From positions 124,001-188,000 of the IMG/VR virus record IMGVR_UViG_3300027749_002876: 64,000 nucleotides of DNA. One strand, given 5' to 3'. How positions within the stretch are numbered: the stretch's first letter is position 1; every line of letters begins with the position of its first letter. The position numbers and the translations under genes were made by a program. A model generated the notes under the pieces. It saw nothing but the letters and a program-made list of their open reading frames with translations, was not told the DNA's origin and did no database searches. Of the stretch, positions 25,960-36,900 are shown in pieces.

Positions 25960-28278
25960 TTATAATTTACACGCTTCGCAATCTTCTTCATCCATATCAT
26001 TAAAGCCAGTGGGCAAATCTAATACAGTTTCATCTTGACTCTTACTACCTTGTTTGTTAATCAAGCTATAGTAGAAAGTCTTTAAGCCCCAGTAGTGACT
26101 TTGCATCAAGTTCTTAGCAATTAATGTTGTTGGAACTTTTCTGTCAACAAAGTGAGCCGGGTTATAGAATGTGTTTGTACTGATTGACTGGTCAACATAA
26201 GCCGCAATCACCGCCGCTGTTTTTAGATAACCATCACAATCTTTTTGATCCCACATCATTTGATATTTGTTTTTCAATTTGTGATATTCGGGAACAACTT
26301 GAACAAAGCTACCTGCTTTACTTTCTTTAACACTGATTAAACTCATTGGCATTTCAATGCCATTGGTACTGTTAATAACTATACTACTTGATTCTACAGG
26401 AGCTACAGCCATTTGTGTAGCATTACGAACACCATGTTCTTTCATATTTGTACGTAATGTTTCCCAATCTAATTCTGGTGTAAAATTTGTCAACTCATTA
26501 ACACCATTGGCACGTAGTTCCCAAGGGAATGTCCCTTGACCATATCGTGTTTGATCACTACCCTGGCACTTACCTCGTTCTTTGGCAAGTTCAACTGACG
26601 CTTCGGTTAAGTAGTATGCTTGGTGTTCTGACCATGTCTTAACCTCTTGTAGTGCATCTCGTTCCCCATACTTTAAACTACGCTTTGCATGCCAGTATGC
26701 TAAGTTAGTGACACCGATACCCAATGGGCGAATCTCGTCATTGCTTAGTTTACTTTGAATGCTTAGAAAGTCTTGATAGTCCAATATATTATTGAGGCTA
26801 CGGTGTAGAATACGACAAGCACGGCGCATATCTTCAGGATTGCGGAACGCACCCCAATTAATAGATCCAAGCGTACATAAAGCGATACGACCGTCACTAT
26901 CATCAAGACGTTTAAAAGATTTAGTAGGAAGAAGAATCTCACAGCATAAGTTACTCTGGTAAATTGTATGATACTCAGGGTCAAATGGTCCTTGTTTCAT
27001 AACATTGTCAATGAATACTAGATAGATGCGTCCAGTGTCTGTTCGTTCTTTAAGAATTCCACCTTTAAACACATCTTCTGCATTCATTGTTTTCTTGCGT
27101 AGGTCGTTACGCTTTTCGTATTTTATGTACAATTCTTCAAATAGTTCTGTGTTTTGATAAAATGCTTCATACAAATCAGGTACTTCATTAGGATCAAAGA
27201 ATGTTATGTCTTCTTTGTTTTTGAATCGTCTCCAGAAGAAAGCACTAAGCACAACCCCATAATCCATATGACGGACTCGGGTTTCTTCGGTTCCTTGGTT
27301 GTTCTTAAGGACAATAAGATCATCAAACTGATGATGCCAGATAGGATAAAAAACAGTAGCACTTGCATTACGAATACCTCCTTGACTGCAACTACGCAGG
27401 TCGCCAAACCACTTCTTCAAGAAAGGTATCATACCTGTGTGCATAATCTCACCACCGCGGATGGGACTACCTAATGGGCGTAGTCTTCCAATCTCTAACC
27501 CAATGCCCGCACGTTTGCTGGCATACTTTGCCATCATTTCCCCACTGGCGAAAATACTGTCCAAATCATCATCCGAACGAATAAGTACACAACTACTAAA
27601 CTGCTTAGTAGGCGTACCAAGCCCTGCCAATACTGGCGTGGCCAGCGTAAATAATCCATCACTCGCGGCATTGTAATATTCCTTTATGTAACGCATACGT
27701 GCGCTATTAGGTTCTTCCTTGTGAAAAACCGTAGCGGCTGCAACCATGTATCTAACTTGTGGTGTTTCATATATTTGTTTTGTACTACGATTCTTAACTA
27801 AGTACTTTTCAATTAATTGTTCAATGGCGGCATAAGAATATTGTTCATCTTTAGAATGATCCAGAATGTCATTCATCTTGTTCCAATCTTCTTCACTATA
27901 CCATTCTAATAATTCATTTGTGTAAAGCCCAGTATCCACATTCTTTTTAACAATCTCGTATAAATGAGGTACAGTATAACTTCCATATACATCTTTTCTT
28001 AACATACTCAATCGTTGCTTACCTGCTACATATTGATAATTGGTGTGACCTACATCTGGATTTTGTTCTACATCAATTAAGTCTACAATAGCACGTAATG
28101 TTATTTCATCAATTTGATGTGTAGTGATACCATCATAAAAGTGCAATTGCGATTTAATCTCTACCATTGAGGGGCTTACATCTGCTATTCCTGTACATAC
28201 TTTTGCTACTTGCGCTTGCCATTTTTCTAGCGTGAGAGGCTCTTTTACCCCAGATCGCTTGATGACGTTTATTATCAT
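25960..28278 (-). CDS. nrdA: ribonucleotide reductase class Ia alpha subunit with ATP cone
   Basis: VIKRSG ATP cone, QFSSC, SCSQGGIR, SNLCCEI, C-terminal CEAC. Confidence 0.97.
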   Translation of the reverse strand: MIINVIKRSGVKEPLTLEKWQAQVAKVCTGIADVSPSMVEIKSQLHFYDGITTHQIDEITLRAIVDLIDVEQNPDVGHTNYQYVAGKQRLSMLRKDVYGSYTVPHLYEIVKKNVDTGLYTNELLEWYSEEDWNKMNDILDHSKDEQYSYAAIEQLIEKYLVKNRSTKQIYETPQVRYMVAAATVFHKEEPNSARMRYIKEYYNAASDGLFTLATPVLAGLGTPTKQFSSCVLIRSDDDLDSIFASGEMMAKYASKRAGIGLEIGRLRPLGSPIRGGEIMHTGMIPFLKKWFGDLRSCSQGGIRNASATVFYPIWHHQFDDLIVLKNNQGTEETRVRHMDYGVVLSAFFWRRFKNKEDITFFDPNEVPDLYEAFYQNTELFEELYIKYEKRNDLRKKTMNAEDVFKGGILKERTDTGRIYLVFIDNVMKQGPFDPEYHTIYQSNLCCEILLPTKSFKRLDDSDGRIALCTLGSINWGAFRNPEDMRRACRILHRSLNNILDYQDFLSIQSKLSNDEIRPLGIGVTNLAYWHAKRSLKYGERDALQEVKTWSEHQAYYLTEASVELAKERGKCQGSDQTRYGQGTFPWELRANGVNELTNFTPELDWETLRTNMKEHGVRNATQMAVAPVESSSIVINSTNGIEMPMSLISVKESKAGSFVQVVPEYHKLKNKYQMMWDQKDCDGYLKTAAVIAAYVDQSISTNTFYNPAHFVDRKVPTTLIAKNLMQSHYWGLKTFYYSLINKQGSKSQDETVLDLPTGFNDMDEEDCEACKL

Positions 28279-28718
28279 GTTTTACCTATCTTCTCTATTA
28301 TTTTTGTTATATCTAATTTTTGTACTACCGTAAATTCTGCTAGACTATTACTTATGACCGTATTGGGCCAGTAATTCAGTATATATTTTGCGTTGTCAAC
28401 TAGGACTAGTACCACATCTTCACCTATATTATTCTTTGCTAAAACCAATTCTATGTTGATTATACCTATCAACAATAGAGTATAACACATTCCTAATGCT
28501 CTTGCAACCTCACAGTAGGTATTTTCGGACAAAAGTACCCAGGGATCAGGCCAGGCGTCCATATCATATGGGTGTAGATGATGGGTAATCAATGGTGCAT
28601 GTTGCCACCATTCATCTATGGTTATACACTGTTGTTCTATGGGTAAACTAGTTACGGACGTCCGTAATTGAAACCAATCTTGAAGCCTTGCTTCATACGA
28701 TGATTGAAAGATATTCAT
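28275..28718 (-). CDS. hypothetical phage protein
   Basis: WWQHAP...WPDPW...ALGMCYTL. Confidence 0.7.
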   Translation of the reverse strand: MNIFQSSYEARLQDWFQLRTSVTSLPIEQQCITIDEWWQHAPLITHHLHPYDMDAWPDPWVLLSENTYCEVARALGMCYTLLLIGIINIELVLAKNNIGEDVVLVLVDNAKYILNYWPNTVISNSLAEFTVVQKLDITKIIEKIGKT

Positions 28719-28765
28719 ACATCACTACTTATCATTTCTAAGTAGTGTGTATGAATTTGATATAG

Positions 28766-31700
28766 TTAAGCGTAAGTTGCTTGAAAACGTGAACCAGTTG
28801 TTAATACAAAGTTACCAGTCACGTTACCAGCATTAGTATTTGCACCAGTTGTCAATTGCATGTTATTAGCACTGATTACTGCGGCGTTAGCTAATGTTAC
28901 GTTACCTGCTGTTACATTACCCGTTGCGCTTAATGTAGTATAGAAACCACCAGTTGCACCAATGTTACCAACGTTAGCATTACCTGATACTGAAACAGTT
29001 GTTAATGTACCAACTGAAGTAATATTACCTTGAGCCGCAGTTGTTACAGTACCTGCTGTAGTAGCACTAGTTGCAGTACCTGCTGTTGCAACTGATAAGT
29101 TAGCAACTTGAGTAGTTGAGGTAACAACTAATGGTGCAGTACCTGTTGCAACAGTACTAATGTATTGACCAGTAATGTTTGCTGTTGTACCAGTGTGATT
29201 AGTAGCACTAATATTACCAGCAGTAATATTACCAGAAACACTCAATGATGCTAGTGTTCCAACCGCTGTCAAGCTAGACGTAACTACTGTAGCACTTAAC
29301 GCAGTACCAACAATGTTAGCGGCTTGAACACTTGAGATACCATTAGCGTTACCAGTAATAACACCTGTATTAGCTGTCAATGCGACTGCTGTGATAGTAC
29401 CATTAACACCTAAACCAGTCAATGTACCAACTGATGTAATATTACCTTGAGCCGCTGTTGTTACTGTACCTGCTGTAGTAGCACTTGTAGCCGCACCTGA
29501 TAATGCACCTGTGAATGTCGTTGCAGATACATTACCTGCAGTTACGTTACCAGAAACACTTAAACTTGTTAATGTACCGAGTGAAGTGATGTTTGGCTGT
29601 GCGTTAGTTGTTATTGTACCAGTGAATGTGTTAGCACTAATATTATTAGCCCCGGAAATATTACCACCTGTACCACTTGATACAATATTACCAATTGTTG
29701 CATTACCACTTACACTAAATGTACCATTAATGTTTGCTCCGGTACCGGTTACTACAACAACGTTAGCGTTACCCACTGCACTAATGTTAACATTGCCGTT
29801 AGCTGATGGAACGCTTACGTTACTGTTACCATTAGATATACTTGATGTAGACAATCCAGTCAATGCTGAACCATTACCAATGAAGAAGTTAGCAGTAACG
29901 TTACCGGTAGCACTTACGATGCCACCTGTAATAATGTTACCTGCATTTAAGTTACCAGTGGCAGTTATTAAACCACCTGTACCAATGTTACCAATGTTTG
30001 CATTACCTGATACTGAAACACTTGTTAATGTACCAACTGAAGTAATGTTAGGTTGTGCCGCAGTTGTTACTGTGGCTGCTGAACCAGTTGCACTACCAGT
30101 TAATGCACCTGTAAATGTTGTAGCAGATACATTACCTGCTGAAATATTACCTGTTACTGCTAACGATGTCAGTGTACCAACACTAGTAATATTAGGTTGT
30201 GCCGCAGTTGTTACTGTACCCGCTGTAGTAGCACTTGTGGCCGCACCACTTAGTGCACCAACAAATGTTGTAGCAGTAATAGACGCATTACCCAAGTTCG
30301 CACTAATGCTTGTATTAATTACCGCAGATGAATTCCCATTTGCAGATGAAGTAGAGAATGTAGGGTATGCAGTTGTTGAGGTAGATGTATTTTGTAACAA
30401 TGCAGATGCATTAGTTGCACTTGTTGCCGTACCAGTTAATGCACCTGTGAATGTCGTAGCACTTACATTACCTGCCGCAATGTTACCTGATACTGATAAA
30501 CTAGTTAATGTACCAACTGAAGTAATTTGTGATTGAGCGGCATTGACACTGAATGCTGTTCCAGTTAATGTTAAACCTGTTCCTGCTGTATAACTACCTG
30601 CACCAGAGAATTGTGCCCAAGTAATAGCCGTAGTACCTAATGTACCACCTGCATTTGATGTACATACCCAACCAGTATCTGATTGTGTAGTACCACCTTC
30701 AACGAATACATATGCACCTGGAACCTCTGCCCAAGAATCCATATCTGTTGTTCTTGTCCAAGCACCTGCGGCACATAGATATAGTCCGTTATTCTGATCC
30801 AATGTTTGGTTCTTAACCAATACTCTGTTACCGGCCACTAAAACAACACCATCAACTGTTTGTGTCCCTGATAAAGTAATATTAACTGTAGTTGCGGCTA
30901 CAACACTAGCTTTAGTATCAAGACCTTGTGCTACTGTATCTACATATGCTTTAGTTGCCGCATCTGTATCAGCAGACGGTGTTGCAAGGCTTGTAATGTT
31001 AAAGTTATTCATATTAACATTACCACTGAAACTACCTGTTCCAGTTGCAACTAAGGCTGCTGTACCCAAATTACCTACGTTAGCATTACCACCTGCACTT
31101 AGTGTGCCGGCGGTTGCTAAGTTACCTGCTGTTGCAGTACCGGTTACACTTAATGAAGCTAGTGTGCCAGTACTTGTGATGTTTGGTTGTGCATTAGTTG
31201 TTACAGTACCCGCTGTAGTTGCAGAACCAGCAGTACCTGCACTGGTTGCATATGTTGCATTAGCTACTGTACCACTTACATTAGCCCCTGCTACACTATT
31301 AGCTGTCGTTGCAAATGATACGGCACCGGTAACATTAGCACCTGTGATTGAACTTAAACTTGATCCGTTACCACTTACATTAGTAAATACGCCAAATGTT
31401 GCACCTAAGTTACCAACGTTTGCATTACCCGATACTGACACACTTGTTAATGTACCTGTACTTGTAATGTTTGGCTGTGCCGCGGTTGTTACTGTGGCCG
31501 CAGATCCAGTTGCACTACCTGTTAATGCACCAGTGAATGTTGTAGCAGATACATTACCTGCGCTTACATTACCTGTTACTGATAAAGAAGTCAATGTACC
31601 AACTGATGTAATGTTACCTTGAGCCGCTGTTGTTACAGTACCGGCTGTAGTAGCACTTGATACAGTACCACTTACGTTAGCACCTGCTACTGCATTTGCT

Positions 31701-33142
31701 GTTGTTGCATAAGCAACTGCACCAGAGACGTTAGCACCTGCTACTGCATTGGCTGTTGTTGCGAATGCAACTGCACCACTTACGTTAGCACCTGCTACTG
31801 AGTTAGCTGTTGTTGCATAAGCAACTGCACCGGAGACATTTGCACCTGCTACTGCATTTGCACTTGCTGCCACTGTTGCACTTGCTACAGTACCACTTAC
31901 GTTAGCACCTGCTACTGCATTTGCTGTTGTTGCATAAGCGACTTCTCCTGATACGTTAGCACCTGCTACTGAGTTAGCTGTTGTTGCATAAGCAACTGCT
32001 CCTGATACGTTAGCACCTGCTACTGAGTTAGCACTTGCTGCCACTGTTGCACTTGCTACAGTACCACTTACGTTAGCACCTGCTACTGCATTTGCACTTG
32101 CCGCTACCGTTGCACTAGATGCAAGACCAGTCAATGCACCAGTGAATGTTGTTGCTGATACGTTACCTGCACTGATATTACCTGATGCACTTAGTGTTCC
32201 GGCAACATTAGCACCAGTTCCAGTCACGACTAAAATATTTGCATTACCGGACGCACTAACAGTAACATTACCATTATTAAATGTTCTTACATTTGCTGTA
32301 CCGTTTTGTATTGCAGTTGCATCAATACCAGTTAACTGGCTACCATTACCAATAAAGAAGTTACCACTGACATTACCAGTTGCAGAAACAATACCTGCAG
32401 TTACTAAATTAGCACCAGTGATGTTACCAGATACACTAACAGTTGTACCAGCAATATTTGTTGCAGTTAAAGTATTTGTTGTGGAATTAAAAGTGAAGTT
32501 TGCGCTTGCACCAAAATTGTCAGCATTATTATACTGAACTTGTGTGTTTGTACCACTTGGTTGTTGCATATCCCAAGGACTACCGTTAGCATATAAAATG
32601 TTGTTAGTTAGTACATTGCCGGCTGCTACATTACCAGTAACACTTAAACTTGTTAGTGTACCTGTACTAGTAATATTTGGTTGAGCCGCAGTTGTTACAG
32701 TACCGGCTGTTGTTGCCGCACCTGATAATGCACCAGTGAATGTTGTTGCTGAAACATTACCACCGGAGATGTTACCTGCTACAGATAGTACACCGGTTGC
32801 TTTGTCAAAACTGAACCCACTGTTACCACCTAATGAACTACCATCATTAAATTGAACTTGTGTATTAGTGCCGCCCGGGGTAGCACTGTCAGTTCCCCAA
32901 TATACGTGCCCGTTAGCTCCGTATGATTTGAGTACCTGACCATTAGCACCGTCTGCAATAAAAATATTGCCTACAACACCTAAATCAACGTTACCGGTTG
33001 CAACGAAAGCACCGTTAAATGAACCGTACCCTCCATTACTATTCAATACGTTGAAGTCACCGTTTGTATCAACGAATAACGTTGACTTTCCGGCTGGCGG
33101 GTTGGGGACATTTGAACTTGCTCTTTGTAGTAAAATCAGCAT
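28766..33142 (-). CDS. long repeat-rich tail fibre/appendage protein
   Basis: Repeats AQPNITSVGTLTSL and ANVSG; DAATKAYVD and RVLVKNQ...NGLY fibre motifs. Confidence 0.75.
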   Translation of the reverse strand: MLILLQRASSNVPNPPAGKSTLFVDTNGDFNVLNSNGGYGSFNGAFVATGNVDLGVVGNIFIADGANGQVLKSYGANGHVYWGTDSATPGGTNTQVQFNDGSSLGGNSGFSFDKATGVLSVAGNISGGNVSATTFTGALSGAATTAGTVTTAAQPNITSTGTLTSLSVTGNVAAGNVLTNNILYANGSPWDMQQPSGTNTQVQYNNADNFGASANFTFNSTTNTLTATNIAGTTVSVSGNITGANLVTAGIVSATGNVSGNFFIGNGSQLTGIDATAIQNGTANVRTFNNGNVTVSASGNANILVVTGTGANVAGTLSASGNISAGNVSATTFTGALTGLASSATVAASANAVAGANVSGTVASATVAASANSVAGANVSGAVAYATTANSVAGANVSGEVAYATTANAVAGANVSGTVASATVAASANAVAGANVSGAVAYATTANSVAGANVSGAVAFATTANAVAGANVSGAVAYATTANAVAGANVSGTVSSATTAGTVTTAAQGNITSVGTLTSLSVTGNVSAGNVSATTFTGALTGSATGSAATVTTAAQPNITSTGTLTSVSVSGNANVGNLGATFGVFTNVSGNGSSLSSITGANVTGAVSFATTANSVAGANVSGTVANATYATSAGTAGSATTAGTVTTNAQPNITSTGTLASLSVTGTATAGNLATAGTLSAGGNANVGNLGTAALVATGTGSFSGNVNMNNFNITSLATPSADTDAATKAYVDTVAQGLDTKASVVAATTVNITLSGTQTVDGVVLVAGNRVLVKNQTLDQNNGLYLCAAGAWTRTTDMDSWAEVPGAYVFVEGGTTQSDTGWVCTSNAGGTLGTTAITWAQFSGAGSYTAGTGLTLTGTAFSVNAAQSQITSVGTLTSLSVSGNIAAGNVSATTFTGALTGTATSATNASALLQNTSTSTTAYPTFSTSSANGNSSAVINTSISANLGNASITATTFVGALSGAATSATTAGTVTTAAQPNITSVGTLTSLAVTGNISAGNVSATTFTGALTGSATGSAATVTTAAQPNITSVGTLTSVSVSGNANIGNIGTGGLITATGNLNAGNIITGGIVSATGNVTANFFIGNGSALTGLSTSSISNGNSNVSVPSANGNVNISAVGNANVVVVTGTGANINGTFSVSGNATIGNIVSSGTGGNISGANNISANTFTGTITTNAQPNITSLGTLTSLSVSGNVTAGNVSATTFTGALSGAATSATTAGTVTTAAQGNITSVGTLTGLGVNGTITAVALTANTGVITGNANGISSVQAANIVGTALSATVVTSSLTAVGTLASLSVSGNITAGNISATNHTGTTANITGQYISTVATGTAPLVVTSTTQVANLSVATAGTATSATTAGTVTTAAQGNITSVGTLTTVSVSGNANVGNIGATGGFYTTLSATGNVTAGNVTLANAAVISANNMQLTTGANTNAGNVTGNFVLTTGSRFQATYA
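31660..32105 (-). repeat. eight in-frame copies of AN(A/S)VAGANVSG, 54/63-nt units
   Basis: Repeated GTTAGCACCTGCTACTG cores. Confidence 0.85.
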
Positions 33143-33202
33143 AATTTTTTCCTATTATATTATATTTATCTCTTTATCATTTAATACTGTAATTTTACAA
33201 TA

Positions 33203-33895
33203 TTATGGGCTATAATTCAATATTGGGTATGCACTTAAGATCCAACCACGAGGACCATTGTAGTATACCAGTGTTACCGCAGAATCATTGACTCCCAGTA
33301 TATACGCATTAGCATCACCTAATATATTTGCACCGTTTCCGGAAATTGATATTGGGCTTAGATACGCATTACCAGTACCATCAATGATTGTTACTTGATC
33401 ACCAAAACCAGAATCTGAGGGCAACAATACTGTTCTAGAAGTTGTTGTATCTACGATGTATGATTTACCAACCTCCATCAGAACATTATTAGATGTGACT
33501 GATTCAAATAAGGCTGCAGGATCTGGATTACCTACTTCAATCAATTCACCATCAATTACAAAATCACCGTTAATTGTTATAGTGTTTGCAAATAAACCTT
33601 GAAAGTTATCATACACAATGTATGAGGTACCATCTGGAATTAGATAGGGCATAGGGCCCGCAACATTACTAACCGCTGAGGGCACTGCGAATGATAGATT
33701 ACCAGAACCATCAGTTTGCAAGAATTGACCATTTGTACCACCAGTAATAACGATGTTTGCTACGTTACCTAGATTTGCATCGAGACTTACGGTTATAGCA
33801 TCAGTGGTAATATTACCAGCAGAATCAATGATAACAATGTTAGCATTTGATCCTACTGCGAATCCACCTAGCGAACTTAAGGGTTTTTGTGCCAT
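33203..33895 (-). CDS. virion fibre-associated protein
   Basis: GGTNGQFLQTDGSGNLSF; YIVDTT...GDQVTIID...GW domain. Confidence 0.65.
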   Translation of the reverse strand: MAQKPLSSLGGFAVGSNANIVIIDSAGNITTDAITVSLDANLGNVANIVITGGTNGQFLQTDGSGNLSFAVPSAVSNVAGPMPYLIPDGTSYIVYDNFQGLFANTITINGDFVIDGELIEVGNPDPAALFESVTSNNVLMEVGKSYIVDTTTSRTVLLPSDSGFGDQVTIIDGTGNAYLSPISISGNGANILGDANAYILGVNDSAVTLVYYNGPRGWILSAYPILNYSP

Positions 33896-33914
33896 TTTTA
33901 TTCTTTACTAGTTA

Positions 33915-36900
33915 TTAAATTGTTCTGAACTGTGTTGTCCAAACAGTGCTATTAGAGCTTGCCGGAGTTACTTGCAATTGAATGTTGCCACCGCTCAACA
34001 CAACGCTTAGTGTCCCAGTTGGTGCTCCATTAACTAAAACTGTTCCAAACGTTGCATAATCAGCAACAGTAGCACCATCTGTAACTGTTTGAACAGTTGC
34101 GATAGAGTATTTACCACCGGCTGCATCTACCCCTTTAACTAAGAACTCTACACCAGTGATTCCAGAAACCGGTACACTTGCAATCACTTGACCTGCAGTA
34201 ATTGAAGTTGTTGTTGCTGTTCCCCACTGAATATTAGTGTTACCCAATTTTACAAAAGTAGATATATTTGCAGTGTTGGCTGCAATTTCACCTGTAGTTG
34301 ATAAATTACCACCTGATACATTACCTGACACTGACAAGTATCCATTAATATTTGCACCAGTACCAGTAAATGTAACAACGTTAGCATTACCTGCTACTGA
34401 GAATTCAATATTGCCATTAGCAACAGGAATACTTACATTACTAGTACCATTACTGATACCAGCTGAGTTAATAGCTATCCAACTTAGTACGCCGTTGCCA
34501 TCAGTTCGTAATACATAACCACTAGTACCACCAGTAATTGTTACATTACTAACTGGACCTAAATTGCTTGTACCAGTTACTGACAATGTACCAATGTTTG
34601 CTGTACTAATGTTTGCTGTACCAGTTGTTGCTATGTTACCAGCAGTTATATTACCTGTAGCACTTATGTTATTACCAACGTTTAAGTTAGCAGTAACGTT
34701 TGCATTGTAAGCTGTTAATGTATCTGTACTGAATGTTAAGTTACCACTATCACTTAATACACCACCGGTGCCTGCTAATGTTACACGACCTGAAGTCAAA
34801 CTTGTAACTTGAGCATTTGGAGTTTTTACTAATGTAGCAACGTTAGCATAAGCGCCAATGTTTGCATTACCCACAACTAATAAATCTGTAACTCCATTGT
34901 ACGTAAATGTTGATGCATCAACTAATTGTCCACCTGTATTAGAGAATGTAACACGACCGTTTGACAAATTATTAGAACTTAAGTTTGCTGCCACTAAGTT
35001 AGCAGTAAAGTTACCCATACCAGTTGATAAACTGTTCCAGAATGAATCGTATGTTAGATTTGAATTGTCAACTAACAAACCATTTGTATCAGCAAACGTT
35101 ATTCGTCCGGCAACTAATGATGTTACTTCAACGTTTGGAGAGTTAACTAATGTTCCAACGTTTGCATATGAGCCAACGTTTGCATTACCAACTGATAATA
35201 AATCACCTATTGCCGCATATGTGAACTGTGAGTTACCTGCTAACAAACCACCTGTACCAGCGTATGTGACATATGTTGCTGTTAATGCGTTTGATGTTAA
35301 GTTTGCCGCAACAACGTTGCCACTTAAATTAGCATTTACAGTTGATAGTGTATTTGTTACAAATGTAAGATTAGCACTATCTGTTAATAAACCACCTGTA
35401 CCAGCAAATGTTATTCTAGTTGAAGTCAACCCATTTGATGTTAAGTTTGCCGCAATTGCGTTGCCAGTTAAGTTAGCATTTACAGTTGATAGTGTATTTG
35501 CTACAAATGTAAGATTAGCACTGTTTGTTAGTACTCCGCCTGTACCAGCAAATGTAACATAAGTTGATGTTAAATTATTTGATGTTACATTACTAGCAAT
35601 AACATTGCCACTTAAGTTAGCATTGACGGTTGATAGAGTATCTGCTACAAATGTAAGATTTGCGCTATCGTTTAGGATACCACCTGTACCAGCGAATGTA
35701 ACACGTGTTGATGTTAAATTATTTGATGTTAAGTTTGCCGCAATTGCGTTTCCACTTAAGTTAGCATTTACAGTTGATAGAGTATCTGCTACAAATGTAA
35801 GATTTGCACTATCTGTTAATATACCAGCAGTGCCAGCAAGTGTAACACGTGTTGATGTTAAATTATTTGATGTTACATTACTAGCAATAACATTGCCACT
35901 TAAGTTAGCATTTACAGTTGATAGAGTATCTGCTACAAATGTAAGATTTGCACTATCTGTTAATATACCAGCAGTGCCAGCAAGTGTAACACGTGTTGAT
36001 GTTAAATTATTTGATGTTACATTTCCTGCAATTAAGCCATTTGTAATGTTTGCAGTATTTGAACTTAGTGCATTATTAGCAGTGATATTATTAGCAGTAA
36101 AATTACCTGTTAATGAAGAACTTCCGTTAACTGTTAAGTTACCAACTACTAAGTTACCACTAACGTTTCCAGAATTTGCAGTAAACTCATTAGTGATGCT
36201 TAAGTTGTTAGTAGTGCTATTACCTGTTACAGACAATGAGCCTACGTTTGCTGAAGTTGTAACACTTAATGTGTTAGTAAAAACTACACCATTAGAATTA
36301 ATATTGGCTGCTTGAACATTACCGGTTAAGTCTACGCTCGTACCTGTTGCCGCACCAAGATTTGGTGTTGTGAATGCGGCATTTGCTTTAACAATAATGT
36401 TACCGCCGTTGATTTCAGTTGTAATATTATCAACGTTAGCAGTGATTAGTGTACCAATAACACTGATACCATTGGAGCCTGTATATTGTCCTGCGGCACT
36501 AAACTGAGAGAAAACAATATTACTAGTACCAATATGAATCTCACCGGGCGGTGCCGTCAATACATACGAAGAACCTGCATAAATAGCCCCGTCCATAATA
36601 AAGAAGAACGACCCAGTGCATAATGCAACAGCACTCTTTGGTTGATATGAATCACCGTCGCTTGAACGTGTAAGTACCCAGTTAGTTGCACCTGTACCAA
36701 CTGTTGTTACATCGTATATACCATTTTCAATTTGATTTGTCTGACCTTGAACAAGTACTCTTGCTCCAACTGTCATTAATGTATTATCAATAGTTAATGC
36801 GGCTTGTGCACCTGAATTAGTAAGAGTAGCACCAACGCCACCGTTACCTAGTGCTGGTTGTGTTAAACCTGTAGCATTTGTTAATGTCGTGACTTCAGCT

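Noticed and set aside
24032-28278. Intron or intein in nrdA/nrdB
   Set aside because: Both have normal lengths and continuous motifs; the intervening gene is a separate ORF.
31660-36020. CRISPR-like arrays
   Set aside because: Repeats are in-frame coding units without unique spacers; no cas genes.
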